Part shown: positions 37,448 to 48,526 of the stretch, one piece after another | Layout: the number at the start of each line of letters is the position of its first letter | Position numbering within the stretch: the stretch's first letter is position 1 | Assembly (NCBI GenBank): GCA_963764165.1 | Contig: CAVXRD010000001.1 | Coordinates: 1,376,001-1,440,000 of the forward strand | Length of the DNA stretch: 64,000 nt | Direction of reading: 5' to 3' | Source of the DNA: an uncultured Verrucomicrobiae bacterium | Lineage (GTDB): Bacteria > Verrucomicrobiota > Verrucomicrobiia > Limisphaerales > Palsa-1400 | The notes under the pieces: model-generated | What the model was told of the DNA's origin: nothing | The model's input: only the letters and a program-made list of their open reading frames with translations | The model's database searches: none | Position numbers and translations under genes: made by a program

Positions 37448-38149
37448 TTAAGTTGACAGGACTGCTCGGTGGCGTTTCGAGCGCACCAACAAGACAGCGA
37501 GCACGATTGGCACAACGAGACGGGCACACGCATCACCCAAACCTGCGTATGCAAAAACCCTCGACCAGGACGACCGCGGCAACGAGATTTGCATATAAGC
37601 ATTTGCCGCAGCCCCGCATCCCATAACGAGAACCAGCAATACCGCGAGGAAAACGGGACGTTTTCTCAACCAGTCACCGAGCTTCCATGCGAGACCAGCC
37701 CGGCGAAGTCCGGATTTCCAGATATATAGGAACAGACAGAGAAGCGTTCCGTAATTGACGGCGAGATAGACCGGCCCGGAAAGCATGTCGTTCGGCAATA
37801 AGCCGTGGGCGGCAATGGCCGACAAACTGGCTGTCGCTGAAGCGATGCGATATACGGCGCCTATCAGTGCTGAGCCAATCACCATCCAGAGGCCCCGATC
37901 CAACCAAACTGAGCCGGCATTCACCTTCGCAAACTCGCGCTCCAAATCGCCGTTTCCTCCAAGCCGGCTCTTGGCCACGGCAAACGCTTCGTGCTCGGAA
38001 AGCCCATTTGATTGAAGCCTGGCGATGGAATCCCGCAGGTGCGTTTCCAACTGCTCCAAGTCGTCAGGCTGGAAAGCAGATGAGCGCGAGAGCTCTTCGC
38101 GCCACGATTCAATTGACTGATTCAGGTCAAACGAGGTTGAGTTTTCCAT
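37448..38149 (-). CDS. Permease-prefix domain membrane protein
   Basis: FDLNQSIESWR...LETHLRDSIARLQSNGLSEHEAFAVAKSRLG followed by TM helices; downstream of PadR. Confidence 0.82.
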   Translation of the reverse strand: MENSTSFDLNQSIESWREELSRSSAFQPDDLEQLETHLRDSIARLQSNGLSEHEAFAVAKSRLGGNGDLEREFAKVNAGSVWLDRGLWMVIGSALIGAVYRIASATASLSAIAAHGLLPNDMLSGPVYLAVNYGTLLCLFLYIWKSGLRRAGLAWKLGDWLRKRPVFLAVLLVLVMGCGAAANAYMQISLPRSSWSRVFAYAGLGDACARLVVPIVLAVLLVRSKRHRAVLST

Positions 38150-38460
38150 AGTTTTAACAGCGTGGAATGGACAGCCATCCACTGATCTTTTTCGGTTTGC
38201 AGTGATTTCGTGCCTTCCCGGCTGAGCCGATAATATTTCCGCCGCCGGCCGTTGTCGGAGGTCTTCCACTCGGATTCAATTAATTCTTCGTTTTCCATCC
38301 AATGGAGCACCGGGTAAAGCATCCCTTCAGTCCATTCGATTTTGCCGTCGGAAAGCTCCCGCACGCTTTGAATAAGCGCATAGCCATAGCTTTCTCCTCC
38401 AGTCAGCACAGAAAGGACGAGCGGGACAGTGCTCGCCGCAATGAGTTCTTTCGATAACAC
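38122..38460 (-). CDS. PadR family transcriptional regulator
   Basis: ESYGYALIQ, EGMLYPVLHWME, GRRRKYYRL. Confidence 0.93.
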   Translation of the reverse strand: MLSKELIAASTVPLVLSVLTGGESYGYALIQSVRELSDGKIEWTEGMLYPVLHWMENEELIESEWKTSDNGRRRKYYRLSREGTKSLQTEKDQWMAVHSTLLKLWKTQPRLT

Positions 38461-38564
38461 GATTTTGACATTAGCCTAGCAGCGTTAGGCTTGCAAGTGT
38501 TTTCTTCTTGAGAACGGGCTGCAGGGAGAATCCAGGAAAGAACCATCACGATTTCCAACGTGAC

Positions 38565-39293
38565 TCAATCATTTCCCTTGCTCAGTCTGTTCCAGATGAT
38601 CTCCGTCTTCTGAGAGTCCTCGACAAGCTCATTTGCTTCCTTTCCAATCGCAAAAGCATTGGTTTCGTAACACTCGATGCAACCCTCCAGAAAATTGCGT
38701 ACGGAGGGGAACCACCGGTAATAGCGAACCTCGGTAAAACGGTAAAAGAAAGCGCCGGAGCCTTCTGCCCTGGATGGATCATAGAAATACCCGTCGCCAG
38801 TCCGATCGTCAAAAACCTGAATCCAGTCCTTCGTGTAACCCGACAGAAGGGAAAACGCTCTGGACTGATGCCACTTTGCGTCTGCCAATTGTCCTTGCAG
38901 CACAAATTTCTCCTCAACGAATTCATCCAGCGGCACAAATCGCTGCCCCGGCAGAAAGCTGCAGACATTGCTTCGCGATTGCCCGTTGTGCCACCGATAG
39001 AGACTGCGAAGGTCCGGTGGCAGTTTGAAGTGCCCCTGCGTTTCCAGTGTGGAAATTTGCGCTTCAGAAAGTCCCGGTTGAAGTGATGCCAGAACGCTCG
39101 GGGCGTTGCTCGACAAACAGGCGGTTAATCGCGCCAGTAATTCTTCAGCGCTTTGGCTTACAACAGGCGGCAGCCGGCCCGGCTTCGGATAAAAGAAGAC
39201 TTCTAGCATTGACGGAATTGAGCAAATAAGGACGCAAATAACCAGCACCACCGCAATACCCGAAACGACAATCCATTTTCGACGGCCCGTCAT
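38565..39293 (-). CDS. SMI1/KNR4 family protein with N-terminal membrane anchor
   Basis: LQPGLSEAQISTLE...LPPDLRSLYRWHNGQ motif. Confidence 0.82.
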   Translation of the reverse strand: MTGRRKWIVVSGIAVVLVICVLICSIPSMLEVFFYPKPGRLPPVVSQSAEELLARLTACLSSNAPSVLASLQPGLSEAQISTLETQGHFKLPPDLRSLYRWHNGQSRSNVCSFLPGQRFVPLDEFVEEKFVLQGQLADAKWHQSRAFSLLSGYTKDWIQVFDDRTGDGYFYDPSRAEGSGAFFYRFTEVRYYRWFPSVRNFLEGCIECYETNAFAIGKEANELVEDSQKTEIIWNRLSKGND

Positions 39294-39376
39294 GTTTTCA
39301 ATTCATTAACGTCATTGCGGAAACATCTCAACAAAGAACAAACACGTCGCTAAGATTCCTGACGGCACAAGATTTT

Positions 39377-39562
39377 ATGAATGATAAACTGAATGAGCCG
39401 ATTGAGCTCGCGCTCAAGCCCGGCGCGAGCTCAAGCTCCAAGCGCCAGCGCTGGAATCCTAAAGATCACAAGAAGTGGATCAAAAAGGTGTATGGAAGCA
39501 AGGTCTATCCAAGCAGTGAGAAAGAATTGGCAGCGGCCCGGGCCGAGAGAAAGCTGATGTAA
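39377..39562 (+). CDS. Putative antitoxin (VapB-like, short)
   Basis: 61-aa basic ORF ending 4 nt before the PIN gene. Confidence 0.5.
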   Translation: MNDKLNEPIELALKPGASSSSKRQRWNPKDHKKWIKKVYGSKVYPSSEKELAAARAERKLM

Positions 39563-39566
39563 AGGC

Positions 39567-40001
39567 ATGATCTACGCGGATACAAGCTGCCTGCTGCCGA
39601 TTCTCCGCCCCGAACCGTTAAGCGAAAGCGTTTGGGAGGCCATTCAGGAGGAATCCGTGGTCGTAATTTCCTCGCTGGCGCAATTGGAGACAATTGTGCA
39701 ACTGAAAGCGCTTTGGACGGGCGGCAGCCTGACTCGCAACCAATGGCGGCGCGTGGAAGCCCAATTCAGCCTTTTGAGAAATCAGGAGCCCTTCGAGTTT
39801 GGCGCGCTTGGCCACTCGGTTTTCCAAATCGCACTGCGCCAGCACCAGAATTCGGGCGCACTGGATTGTCGTTCGATGGATCGCTTGCATCTTGCCGCCA
39901 TGGAAGAATTGAAAATTTCGCGCCTGATGACACACGATGAAAATCAAGCGAAAGCTGCCATTGAAGCGGGTTTCAAAGTCATCCGCCCGGGTCGCGATTG
40001 A
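39567..40001 (+). CDS. PIN-domain (VapC-like) toxin
   Basis: MIYADTS, QLE, MDRLHLAA and MTHD carry the acidic catalytic pattern. Confidence 0.88.
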   Translation: MIYADTSCLLPILRPEPLSESVWEAIQEESVVVISSLAQLETIVQLKALWTGGSLTRNQWRRVEAQFSLLRNQEPFEFGALGHSVFQIALRQHQNSGALDCRSMDRLHLAAMEELKISRLMTHDENQAKAAIEAGFKVIRPGRD

Positions 40002-40121
40002 CCGCCCCGTTCTGCCGCGACTGAACCAAGACACCGGCGCGTCATTCATTTGGAATTCGCGGCGGATCCTTTGCCACCTCCGCTGGAGTGGCTTGGATTC
40101 GATTAGCGGAGGCGGCCCTTT

Positions 40122-41513
40122 TTGTTTGACCAGCGGAAAAGGAAATTTAACACTCGACTCAATTTGGAATCGTTTGCGAAAACCATTCTTTCCCGGCTTT
40201 TTTGCTGGTTGTTTTTGACAGCCGGTTTTTTCGCGTTTCCGATTTTCGGCCAGACAGCCAGGGACGCCCGGGCAAACACTGATCCCATTCTCCTTCGCCC
40301 TGATAATGTATTTGACTCCATTGATGGAAGGACGCACGCGGGCTGGACGGTCCTTGTGGTGAGCAATCGCATTGCGGCGGCTGGAACCGCGGGAGATGTT
40401 TCCGCGCCAACGAACGCTTCCGTGATTGCTTTGCCGGGAATGACGCTGCTGCCGGGATTGATGGATTTGCATTCGCACATTTTTCTCCATCCTTACAATG
40501 AGACGCTGTGGAATGATCAGGTGCTCAAGGAGCCGCTTGCCTATCGCACTGTTGAGGCGGTGGTGCATGCCAAGGCGACGTTGATGGCCGGCTTCACGCT
40601 GCTCCGCGATCTTGGAACGGAGGGCGCGGGCGCATCGGATGTGGCGGTGAAGCGAGCCATTGACGAAGGGCTGATTCCGGGACCTCGTTTGATTTGCGTG
40701 ACGAAAGCGATTGTCGCCACCGCCAGTTACGGGCCGGGGCCGCGTGGATTTGCCGAGGATGTGCATCTGCCGGGCGGGGCACAGGAAGCGTCTGGCATTC
40801 CTGAAGTCATCAAGGCGGTGCGCGAGCAGATTGGCTTGGGGGCGGATTGGATCAAGGTTTACGCCGATTACGGTCGCGGACCAGGCGGGAAACAAATGCC
40901 GACTTTCAGCGTCGAGGAATTGCGCGCGCTCGTGCAGGAGGCGCATTCCGCCGGCCGCCCAGTCGCAGCCCATGCCTCGACTGCCGAGGGGATGGCACGC
41001 GCGGTTGAGGCTGGCGTCGACACCATCGAGCACGGAACGCATGGCAGCGAGGAAGTCTTCGAGCAAATGGCTGCCAAAGGCACCGCCTATCTGCCGACGC
41101 TCACGGCGGTCGAATCCATCGCGGAATACTTTCGAGGCTACAAGCCAGGCAAGAGCGAACCGACGTCGGACATGAAGGACGCAATGCGCGCGTTTCAATT
41201 CGCGTTGAAACATCACGTGACCATTGGCGCGGGCAGCGATGTCGGCGTATTTGCCCACGGCGACAACTATCGCGAATTGGAATGGATGGTGCGCGCTGGA
41301 ATGACGCCCGCGCAAACGCTCATGGCTGCGACCAGCGTCAATGCGAAAATCATCCGCATGGAGGATAAACTCGGCGCCGTCCGCATAGGAATGCTGGCGG
41401 ACTTGATCGCGGTGCCCGGCGATCCCACCACCAACATCGCCGCCTGCCGCGATGTTCAATTCGTGATGAAGGACGGCGTCATTTATAAGAAGCCTGCTAC
41501 CGAGGCGCATTGA
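40122..41513 (+). CDS. Amidohydrolase family protein (Xaa-Pro dipeptidase-like), probably secreted
   Basis: [32 protein letters not shown]; start uncertain. Confidence 0.9.
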   Translation: MFDQRKRKFNTRLNLESFAKTILSRLFCWLFLTAGFFAFPIFGQTARDARANTDPILLRPDNVFDSIDGRTHAGWTVLVVSNRIAAAGTAGDVSAPTNASVIALPGMTLLPGLMDLHSHIFLHPYNETLWNDQVLKEPLAYRTVEAVVHAKATLMAGFTLLRDLGTEGAGASDVAVKRAIDEGLIPGPRLICVTKAIVATASYGPGPRGFAEDVHLPGGAQEASGIPEVIKAVREQIGLGADWIKVYADYGRGPGGKQMPTFSVEELRALVQEAHSAGRPVAAHASTAEGMARAVEAGVDTIEHGTHGSEEVFEQMAAKGTAYLPTLTAVESIAEYFRGYKPGKSEPTSDMKDAMRAFQFALKHHVTIGAGSDVGVFAHGDNYRELEWMVRAGMTPAQTLMAATSVNAKIIRMEDKLGAVRIGMLADLIAVPGDPTTNIAACRDVQFVMKDGVIYKKPATEAH

Positions 41514-43557
41514 GTTGTTGCAGCGCCGCCTGAGCCTCGCGGTAATTCGGATCGATTCGCAGGGCCTGGCGAAAATGATCGGCGGCTTCCGCCTGCTTTC
41601 CAATTTTCATGTAAGTCAGCGCGAGATTGAATTCCGTTCGCGAATCGTTGGGATTTAATTTGAGCGACGCCTCGTAGGAAGGAATCGCTTCGGTGAATTT
41701 GCCCTGTTCCGCGAGTGCGTTCCCCAGCCAGCCGCGAGCATCCGAGTTGGCGGGCTGCAAACGTATAATCTCCCGAAAGGCGCGCTCCGCCTCCGGCATG
41801 CGGCCCTGCGTGCTGTCAATGATGCCAATTTTCACCCATGCATCCACTTTATCCGGATCGAGCTTCACGGTTTGCTCGAATTCTCCCAGTGCCTCCGTCG
41901 CGCGCCCCGCGGACTGCAGCGTGAGAGCCAGATTGAAGTGCGTGAGCGCCGCGCCAGGGTTCATATCGAGCGCCTTGCGGTAGGTGCTCACGGCTTCGTT
42001 GAACAGATTTGAGTCGTGCCGCGCGCTGGCGGTATCGGCCAGGGCGTTGGCCAGATTGAATTCGTAGAGATAATCGCTGTTGATGCGGAGGGCTGTGCGG
42101 TATTGCTCAACGGCTTCGTCGAAACGCTTTTGATCGAGGAACAACGCGCCCAGGTTGTTGTGCGCCGCGGCGTAATTCGGCTCCTCTTCCACCGCGATAG
42201 TGAGATTGGAAATAGCCTCGGTGGTGCGCTGCTGCCGCGAATAGAAATTGCCGAGATTATAACGCGCCATGTAATTATCAGGCGTTGCGTCAATCATGCG
42301 TTTGAACAGTGCCTCGCTGTCCTTCCAATAAAACTCCTGGTGGACCGTCAACCCGGCGAGCACAACCAATGCAGCAACGGAAAGCCCGGGGGCAAACCGG
42401 GTCGCGCTCCCACGCTCAAGAACCTCAAATCCGCCCCAGACCAGAATGACGAACAACCCGGTGAATGGAACATAAGTGTAGCGATCCGCCATCGCCTGCA
42501 TGCCGACCTGCACGAACCCGGCCACCGGCACCAGAGTCCCCGCGTACCATAGCCAACCCACCGTCAGCCACGGGCGCTGACGCCATTGCGTCAATACGAC
42601 GCCTGTAATGGCCAGCAGCACCAGCGCTGAGATGGAAACAATCCAAACTGGCCATTCCCCGTGGCGCAAATACAGCGCGGCCAGATCGTGCGGCCAGAAC
42701 ATTTTCTCGATGTAGCGTAGATACGAAACGAGCGAATTTCCAATCCTCGAACCGAGCGAAAACGATTCCAATCCGAGCACAGCCCCGCCTTCCTTTTGTA
42801 TGCGAAACGTGATGACACACAACGCCGCGCTCAAGATGAGGAACGGAACTTTCTCCAACACCAATTTTGGAATTGCGGCAAGTGACGCCATTCGTTTCAG
42901 CGGCCAAAAATCCAACAGCAGCAGCGTAAACGGAAGAGTGACCAGCATCGGCTTCGACATCAGCCCCAGCGCGCACAACACGAGACTCAGCCCATAAAAC
43001 CAGCCGCGTTTCGGTCCACCCATCGCGTAGCGCCCATACGCGAGCGCGGTCAGGAACCAAAAAAGCGTGCTCAACACGTCCTTGCGCTCCGACACCCAAG
43101 CCACCGATTCCACATGCATTGGATGCAGCGCGAAAAGCGCGGCAACGGTGGCGCTGCGCCAAATCGCGCCAGTCAGTCGGGAAAGCAGCATGAACAGAAG
43201 CGCCGTGTTGGTGGCGTGAAGCAGCGCGTTCACAAGATGCGGCCACCACGGTTGCAGCTTGAACAGCCAGCAGTCAAACATATGGCTGAACATCGTGACC
43301 GGATGCCAATTGCGGGCGACTTCGCTTGTCCACGCCCACATAAAGCCTTTCGTGGTAAAACCAGCCTGGACAATCGGATTGGCGGTCACAAAGTCCGTGT
43401 CGTCGTAATTGACGAATTGAAACGTCGTGACCGGCGCGTAGACAACGGCGGTGATCACGAACAGCGCAACGGCGATCCAGCGAGTCGATGGGTTTGGAGC
43501 GGTTAACGGCGCGGACTCCGGCGCTGGTTTGGCTGAGATTTTTTTCTTCGCTGTCAT
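41497..43557 (-). CDS. Polytopic membrane protein with C-terminal TPRs (TMTC/GT-C-like)
   Basis: [35 protein letters not shown], followed by TPR repeats. Confidence 0.88.
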   Translation of the reverse strand: MTAKKKISAKPAPESAPLTAPNPSTRWIAVALFVITAVVYAPVTTFQFVNYDDTDFVTANPIVQAGFTTKGFMWAWTSEVARNWHPVTMFSHMFDCWLFKLQPWWPHLVNALLHATNTALLFMLLSRLTGAIWRSATVAALFALHPMHVESVAWVSERKDVLSTLFWFLTALAYGRYAMGGPKRGWFYGLSLVLCALGLMSKPMLVTLPFTLLLLDFWPLKRMASLAAIPKLVLEKVPFLILSAALCVITFRIQKEGGAVLGLESFSLGSRIGNSLVSYLRYIEKMFWPHDLAALYLRHGEWPVWIVSISALVLLAITGVVLTQWRQRPWLTVGWLWYAGTLVPVAGFVQVGMQAMADRYTYVPFTGLFVILVWGGFEVLERGSATRFAPGLSVAALVVLAGLTVHQEFYWKDSEALFKRMIDATPDNYMARYNLGNFYSRQQRTTEAISNLTIAVEEEPNYAAAHNNLGALFLDQKRFDEAVEQYRTALRINSDYLYEFNLANALADTASARHDSNLFNEAVSTYRKALDMNPGAALTHFNLALTLQSAGRATEALGEFEQTVKLDPDKVDAWVKIGIIDSTQGRMPEAERAFREIIRLQPANSDARGWLGNALAEQGKFTEAIPSYEASLKLNPNDSRTEFNLALTYMKIGKQAEAADHFRQALRIDPNYREAQAALQQLNAPR

Positions 43558-44351
43558 TTGGCGCCGAAAAGCCGCACGAAATTCGCTTCAACCTGTTCCG
43601 CCAATTTCTCCAACGGCACGCTCAGCCACTCGGAGGCAAATTCATAAACCGACCTGATATTCGCCGGGTGATTCAATGGCTTCCCCTCGGCGTCAATCAA
43701 ATGGTAACCGTCTCGTCCGGCTGGGAGCAATTGGTCCGGGGCATCCGTCTCGATCAGCAGGCGATCCAGCGGGATATGGCGGAAAGTTTCGCGCTGCTTG
43801 AGTTTTCGTTCGTGGGCGAAATAGCCGGGCAGCGAAAAGTAAGCGCCCAATTTCACAAATCCCGGCACAAGCTCCTGCGCCCCGCCGTATGAATGCAGGA
43901 CAAAACCGCGCGCGGGACGCGGCTCGCGCTTTAATATTTCCGTCAGCGGCCCCCACGCCTTCAGGCAATGAATGCTGGCCGGCAGATTCCGCTCCGCCGC
44001 CAGGCGAAGCTGCCACACGAACATCTCCTCTTGCAGCGGCCAATCAAATTCTTCCCGCCAGCGGTCCAGCCCAATCTCTCCGACCGCCGACGGAACGCTG
44101 TCAATCAAACGCACAAGCTCCTCTTTCCAGTGCAGTGAGTGTTCTTTTACATACCACGGATGGTAACCGAAGGAGGGAAGCACTTCGGGGAATTGCCGGG
44201 CCAGCGACAGCACATCCGGCCAATCTTCCTCGCACGCGCCGTTGACGACCATCCGCGCCACTTGCTCCGAGCGGGCCGCCGCCATTAGCTCAGCCGCGCC
44301 CGGCTTGAGGCGCTCGTCCTGCAAATGGTTATGGGCGTCGTAGAATTTCAT
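43554..44351 (-). CDS. tatD: TatD family hydrolase
   Basis: DAHNH, GYHPW, VGEIGLD, IHC, HSY, ETDAPD. Confidence 0.9.
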   Translation of the reverse strand: MKFYDAHNHLQDERLKPGAAELMAAARSEQVARMVVNGACEEDWPDVLSLARQFPEVLPSFGYHPWYVKEHSLHWKEELVRLIDSVPSAVGEIGLDRWREEFDWPLQEEMFVWQLRLAAERNLPASIHCLKAWGPLTEILKREPRPARGFVLHSYGGAQELVPGFVKLGAYFSLPGYFAHERKLKQRETFRHIPLDRLLIETDAPDQLLPAGRDGYHLIDAEGKPLNHPANIRSVYEFASEWLSVPLEKLAEQVEANFVRLFGAK

Positions 44352-44764
44352 GTTGACGCGTGCGCTTCCGCGAACTTGCGCATGCTTTGCCAGATCGCGC
44401 CCAGGCTGTTGCGGCGGTTTGGCGTAAGGTGCTGCGTGATGCCGAGTTTTTCCAGGAACGCCGGACTGGTCTCGATGATTTCCCGCGGCGTTTGCCCGTT
44501 GTAGAATTCGCAAAGCAACGCTGCGATGCCTCTGATGATGGCGGAATCGGAGTCGGCCTGAAAATGGCAGCAGCCATCCTTCCACTCGGAGACGAACCAT
44601 ACGTTCGCAAGGCAGCCTTCGACGCGGTACGCCTCGGCGCGAAATTTCGCCGCAAGCGGTTCTGCGGCGCGGCCGATGCGGACGGCATAGGCGAGGCGAT
44701 CCTGCGGCGTCTTGAACGCCCCGAGCGTCTCCGTCAATCGTCGCTGTTTCTCCGCGATGGTCAC
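44348..44764 (-). CDS. sufE: Fe-S cluster assembly sulfur acceptor SufE
   Basis: VEGCLANVW, DSDSAIIRG, LTPNRRN. Confidence 0.9.
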   Translation of the reverse strand: MTIAEKQRRLTETLGAFKTPQDRLAYAVRIGRAAEPLAAKFRAEAYRVEGCLANVWFVSEWKDGCCHFQADSDSAIIRGIAALLCEFYNGQTPREIIETSPAFLEKLGITQHLTPNRRNSLGAIWQSMRKFAEAHAST

Positions 44765-45957
44765 TTCACATCAACGTAGTGGGGCGAGGAATTCAGCTCC
44801 AAAGATTTTTCCTCGAATTTGACCGTATGCGCTTCGCCCAGCGTCCACGCCGCCGCTTTTCGCGCGCCCGACGCATTGGCAAAAATGAGCACATAATCGT
44901 TCTCGCTGAATCCCTCCGCGCGCTTCTCGAAATGAAATCCCTTGAGCGCCGCCACCATTCGCTTTAACGCCACGTAAGCGGGCTTCGGTTCGAGGTTATC
45001 CGTCACCGTCCCAAAATTTTGCTCGCCGTCCGCCGGATCTTTCCCGTCGTTTTTCCAGTCATACCAAATCGAAAGTGGGATGCCATTGAGCAAGTTGGAA
45101 AGCTGCTGGCGCACCGCGAAGTCCGCCTGCGTTTGCAACGTGACGCCCTTGGTGTTGGAGGCATAGCCCCATTCTCCGCTCAAGATTGGGATTTTCCCGC
45201 GCTTCGCTGGCGGCGCGAATGTGTCGATCATTTCGCGCAATTTCTTGTAATCGGCGGCGGCGGTTTCCGGCGGAACATTCGGCGCGCGATACGGATGAAC
45301 GCTCACACCGTCCAGGTATTCCAGCACCCCCGATTTGAGAAACACCTCCATGTAATTCCAATCGAACCCGGCCATCGCAGGCGCGACAATTGTGGCGTCC
45401 GGCTCTGCCTCGCGAATGGCTTTGGCGGTCGCGAGCGCCATCGTGGTGTATTCCTCCGCATTGGGTTTGGGCCTCCAGAAATCGCCGTTGGGCTCGTTGT
45501 AGATTTCCCAGATGATGTGGCGGCCTTTGTAATGCCGCGCCGCCTCCGCCGACCAATGCGCAAACGCGGCCACGCTCTCCGCATGCCGCGGCGAGGCAAC
45601 GTGCTTTTCGGGGACCGGCTCGCCCACCGCGCGCTTGGCGTCGACTACAGGCTCGTACAATTCATTGACGTAGTCGAGGATGTAAATGGGGCGGATGCCT
45701 CGCTGGTCGAGATTCCGAGTCAACTCATCGTAATATTGCCAAAAGTAAATCCCGTTTTTCTTTTCGGTATCCTGCCAGCTAAAATCCATGCGGATGAATT
45801 TGAACCCGGCCTCGGCGATCAAGTTCAGGTCGCGCGTGCGACCGGTCACAAAATGAATATTGACGCCGACCCCAGCCGGTATGGTTGCCGGGGGAATTTG
45901 CGCGCTCACGGCGGCCGGCAGAAGGCCGAGTCCCAAAAGAACTGTAGACAGCTTCAT
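44761..45957 (-). CDS. Secreted clan GH-A glycoside hydrolase (GH5/GH39-like)
   Basis: Signal peptide, WEIYNEP (acid/base), SVHPY, SGEWG (nucleophile). Confidence 0.85.
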   Translation of the reverse strand: MKLSTVLLGLGLLPAAVSAQIPPATIPAGVGVNIHFVTGRTRDLNLIAEAGFKFIRMDFSWQDTEKKNGIYFWQYYDELTRNLDQRGIRPIYILDYVNELYEPVVDAKRAVGEPVPEKHVASPRHAESVAAFAHWSAEAARHYKGRHIIWEIYNEPNGDFWRPKPNAEEYTTMALATAKAIREAEPDATIVAPAMAGFDWNYMEVFLKSGVLEYLDGVSVHPYRAPNVPPETAAADYKKLREMIDTFAPPAKRGKIPILSGEWGYASNTKGVTLQTQADFAVRQQLSNLLNGIPLSIWYDWKNDGKDPADGEQNFGTVTDNLEPKPAYVALKRMVAALKGFHFEKRAEGFSENDYVLIFANASGARKAAAWTLGEAHTVKFEEKSLELNSSPHYVDVK

Positions 45958-46070
45958 GGGAAAATAATGCAGCAACGCAGCCTGACGGCGCAATCGAAAG
46001 CCGATCTTCCAACGGGAGGTACGGGACGAAGAATGGGACTAATAAACAAGCGCAACCCGCCAAGGTGTTT

Positions 46071-47105
46071 CTAATACGCGCCCGCGCGCAACGCGGATTC
46101 AAGCTGCCGCAAATCTTTAGGCAATTCCGCCTGCCAGGAGAGGAGCTCGCCGGGGCGTTGGGGATGCTCCAGTGTGAGCGATTCAGCGTGGAGCGCCTGG
46201 CGGTCGAATGGAATGGCGGGCGCGGGGCCGACTTCAAGCCCGCGCGGCATCTCGCGGTAATGGGCGTTATATGTCCGGTCTCCGATCAAGGGGACGCCGT
46301 GACTTGCGGCCTGGGCGCGGATTTGGTGCTTTAGGCCAGTTTCAATGCTCAACCGCAATTTTGTAACGAAGCCGCCTTTATGCTTAAGCCGATACTCGTC
46401 GGCGACTTCGTAATGCGTCACCGCTTCCTGTGCCTCGGCATAGGCTTCCTCGTCCTCGGGGATAATCACGAGCTGGCGCAATTCGTCGACGGTCAGTTTT
46501 AGGCGGTCGCGCCATTCGCCTTTCGCCTCGGGCAACTGGCCTTCCACGAAGGCGAGATATTCACGCTTCATGGTGTGAGCCCGGACTTGCTCGATCAAAT
46601 GGCTGCGGGCGATCGGATGGAGCGCCATGCAAAAAACGCCGCTGGTATATTGATCAAGCCGATGGACGGGCAGCGGATCCAATTGACGATAAGCGGGCGG
46701 CAAGGTTTTTCCGGCGTCGCCGTGCTCGAGTGCCTTCATGCGACCCGCCAGGAAATCCGCCAGAATGCTGAGTGCGGAAAGATCTTCGCCGCCGCCCGGC
46801 ACGGAAATCAGCCCCGGTCCTTTGTTCACAATCGCCAGCGCGGAATCCAGATACAGCAACGAGACGCGCGGATGAATCTGCCAGCCAGCCCCGCAGTCCA
46901 GCGTGGTGGCATGGCGGTCCAGCAATCGCAGGTCGCCCGCCGGATCGGGCATCAACTGGTGCGGCTTGCGCACAATCGTGCCGCCGACACTGACGCGGCC
47001 AGCCGTGATCCATTGCTTGGCCCGCGTCTTGGGCGTGCCCGGATACTTGCGCAAGAGCCAATGCAACAACGGCTGCGCTTCTTTCTGTGGCTGCCCCTCA
47101 TTCAT
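46071..47105 (-). CDS. RluA-family pseudouridine synthase with N-terminal S4-like domain
   Basis: VNKGPG, HRLDQYTSG, ETGLKHQIR, GDRTY, LHAESL. Confidence 0.9.
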   Translation of the reverse strand: MNEGQPQKEAQPLLHWLLRKYPGTPKTRAKQWITAGRVSVGGTIVRKPHQLMPDPAGDLRLLDRHATTLDCGAGWQIHPRVSLLYLDSALAIVNKGPGLISVPGGGEDLSALSILADFLAGRMKALEHGDAGKTLPPAYRQLDPLPVHRLDQYTSGVFCMALHPIARSHLIEQVRAHTMKREYLAFVEGQLPEAKGEWRDRLKLTVDELRQLVIIPEDEEAYAEAQEAVTHYEVADEYRLKHKGGFVTKLRLSIETGLKHQIRAQAASHGVPLIGDRTYNAHYREMPRGLEVGPAPAIPFDRQALHAESLTLEHPQRPGELLSWQAELPKDLRQLESALRAGAY

Positions 47106-47196
47106 TCCGAAAGCATGGACTGAAAACCGGGGTGTTACAGGAAAAAACTTCGAGCTATTGACACCAGAGCCGATTTCCGCTTTTGTCGTTTGACTG

Positions 47197-48525
47197 TTGA
47201 AAAAGAAATTATTCCAACCGCTTGACGGTTCGGTGACTGCGCCCAAAGGGTTTGCGGCGGCGGGCGTTTTTTGTGACATCAAACGGCTCGGCACCGGCAA
47301 AGGCTCCAACAAAGGCCAAAAGCGCGATCTCGCCCTGCTGGTTTCCGATGCGCCCGCGACCGTCGCCGGCGTTTTCACAACTAATCAAGTTTGCGCCGCC
47401 CCGGTGAAACTTTGCGTGGAACGCGTCTCGCGCGGAGCCGCCCGCGCGGTGGTTATCAATTCCGGCAACGCCAACGCGTGCACCGGGCGCCAGGGTTTGC
47501 TGGACGCGGAAAAAATGGCGAAGCTTGCAGGCGGAGCGCTGAAAATCCCGGCGGCGGAAGTGTTCGTGGCTTCGACCGGGCGTATTGGCGTAACGATGCC
47601 AATGGCGAACGTCGCCAAAGGGATTGAAGCAGCGGCGAAACTTGTCGACGCATCGCGGGAAAGCAGCGGCCACGCGGCGGAAGCTATCATGACCAGCGAC
47701 ACCAAGCCGAAGGAAGTTGCGGTGGAATTCGCGATCGGCGGCAAAACCGTTCGGATCGGCGGGATGTGCAAAGGGGCGGGAATGATTCAGCCCGGCATGA
47801 GCCCGACCGGGGCCCGTCCGCCATTGCGCGCGCTGCACGCGACGATGCTCTGTTTTCTGACCACTGATGCCGCCATTGACGCTAAAACTTTGCAGTCGGC
47901 CTTGAATGACGCGGTGGCAAAAAGTTTCAATCGCATCACGGTGGACGGCGACATGAGCACCAACGATACCGTGCTCATCCTCGCCAACGGGCGGTCCGGG
48001 ATCGCGCCTTTGACGCCGCGCTCGCCCGCATTCAAGACGTTCCAAGCCGCGCTCGATGAGGTGACGCTGGCATTGGCGCAAAAAATTGTGCTTGACGGCG
48101 AGGGCGTGTCGCGGTTTGTCACGGTGAGGGTCGAAGGCGCGCGCACGGCGGCGGAGGCGGACATTGCGGCGCGTTCGGTGGCCAACAGCTCGCTCGTTAA
48201 AACAAGCTGGTGCGGCGGCGATCCGAATTGGGGGCGCATCCTTTGCGCGCTCGGTTATTCCCAGGCGAACATTGTGGAGAGCAAGGTTGATGTGGGTTAC
48301 AGTCTGCCGGGCAGCCGGAAAATTTTGTATTCGCTCAAGCGCGGCAAACCGACCACCGTTGCCTTCAAATCGCTTTGCGAAATCACCACCGCGAGCGCGT
48401 TTGATTTGCACATTCGGTTGAACAACGGCCCGGCCAGCGCGCTGATGTATTCCTCGGATTTGACGGAGGCCTATGTCGATTTCAACAAGGGCGACGTCAC
48501 CGATCCGACAACTCTCGGGGGCTGA
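47197..48525 (+). CDS. argJ: Ornithine acetyltransferase / N-acetylglutamate synthase
   Basis: NSGNANACTG, STGRIG, KGAGMIQP...ATML, VDGDMSTND, DGEG, DPNWGR. Confidence 0.95.
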   Translation: MKKKLFQPLDGSVTAPKGFAAAGVFCDIKRLGTGKGSNKGQKRDLALLVSDAPATVAGVFTTNQVCAAPVKLCVERVSRGAARAVVINSGNANACTGRQGLLDAEKMAKLAGGALKIPAAEVFVASTGRIGVTMPMANVAKGIEAAAKLVDASRESSGHAAEAIMTSDTKPKEVAVEFAIGGKTVRIGGMCKGAGMIQPGMSPTGARPPLRALHATMLCFLTTDAAIDAKTLQSALNDAVAKSFNRITVDGDMSTNDTVLILANGRSGIAPLTPRSPAFKTFQAALDEVTLALAQKIVLDGEGVSRFVTVRVEGARTAAEADIAARSVANSSLVKTSWCGGDPNWGRILCALGYSQANIVESKVDVGYSLPGSRKILYSLKRGKPTTVAFKSLCEITTASAFDLHIRLNNGPASALMYSSDLTEAYVDFNKGDVTDPTTLGG

Positions 48526-48526
48526 T

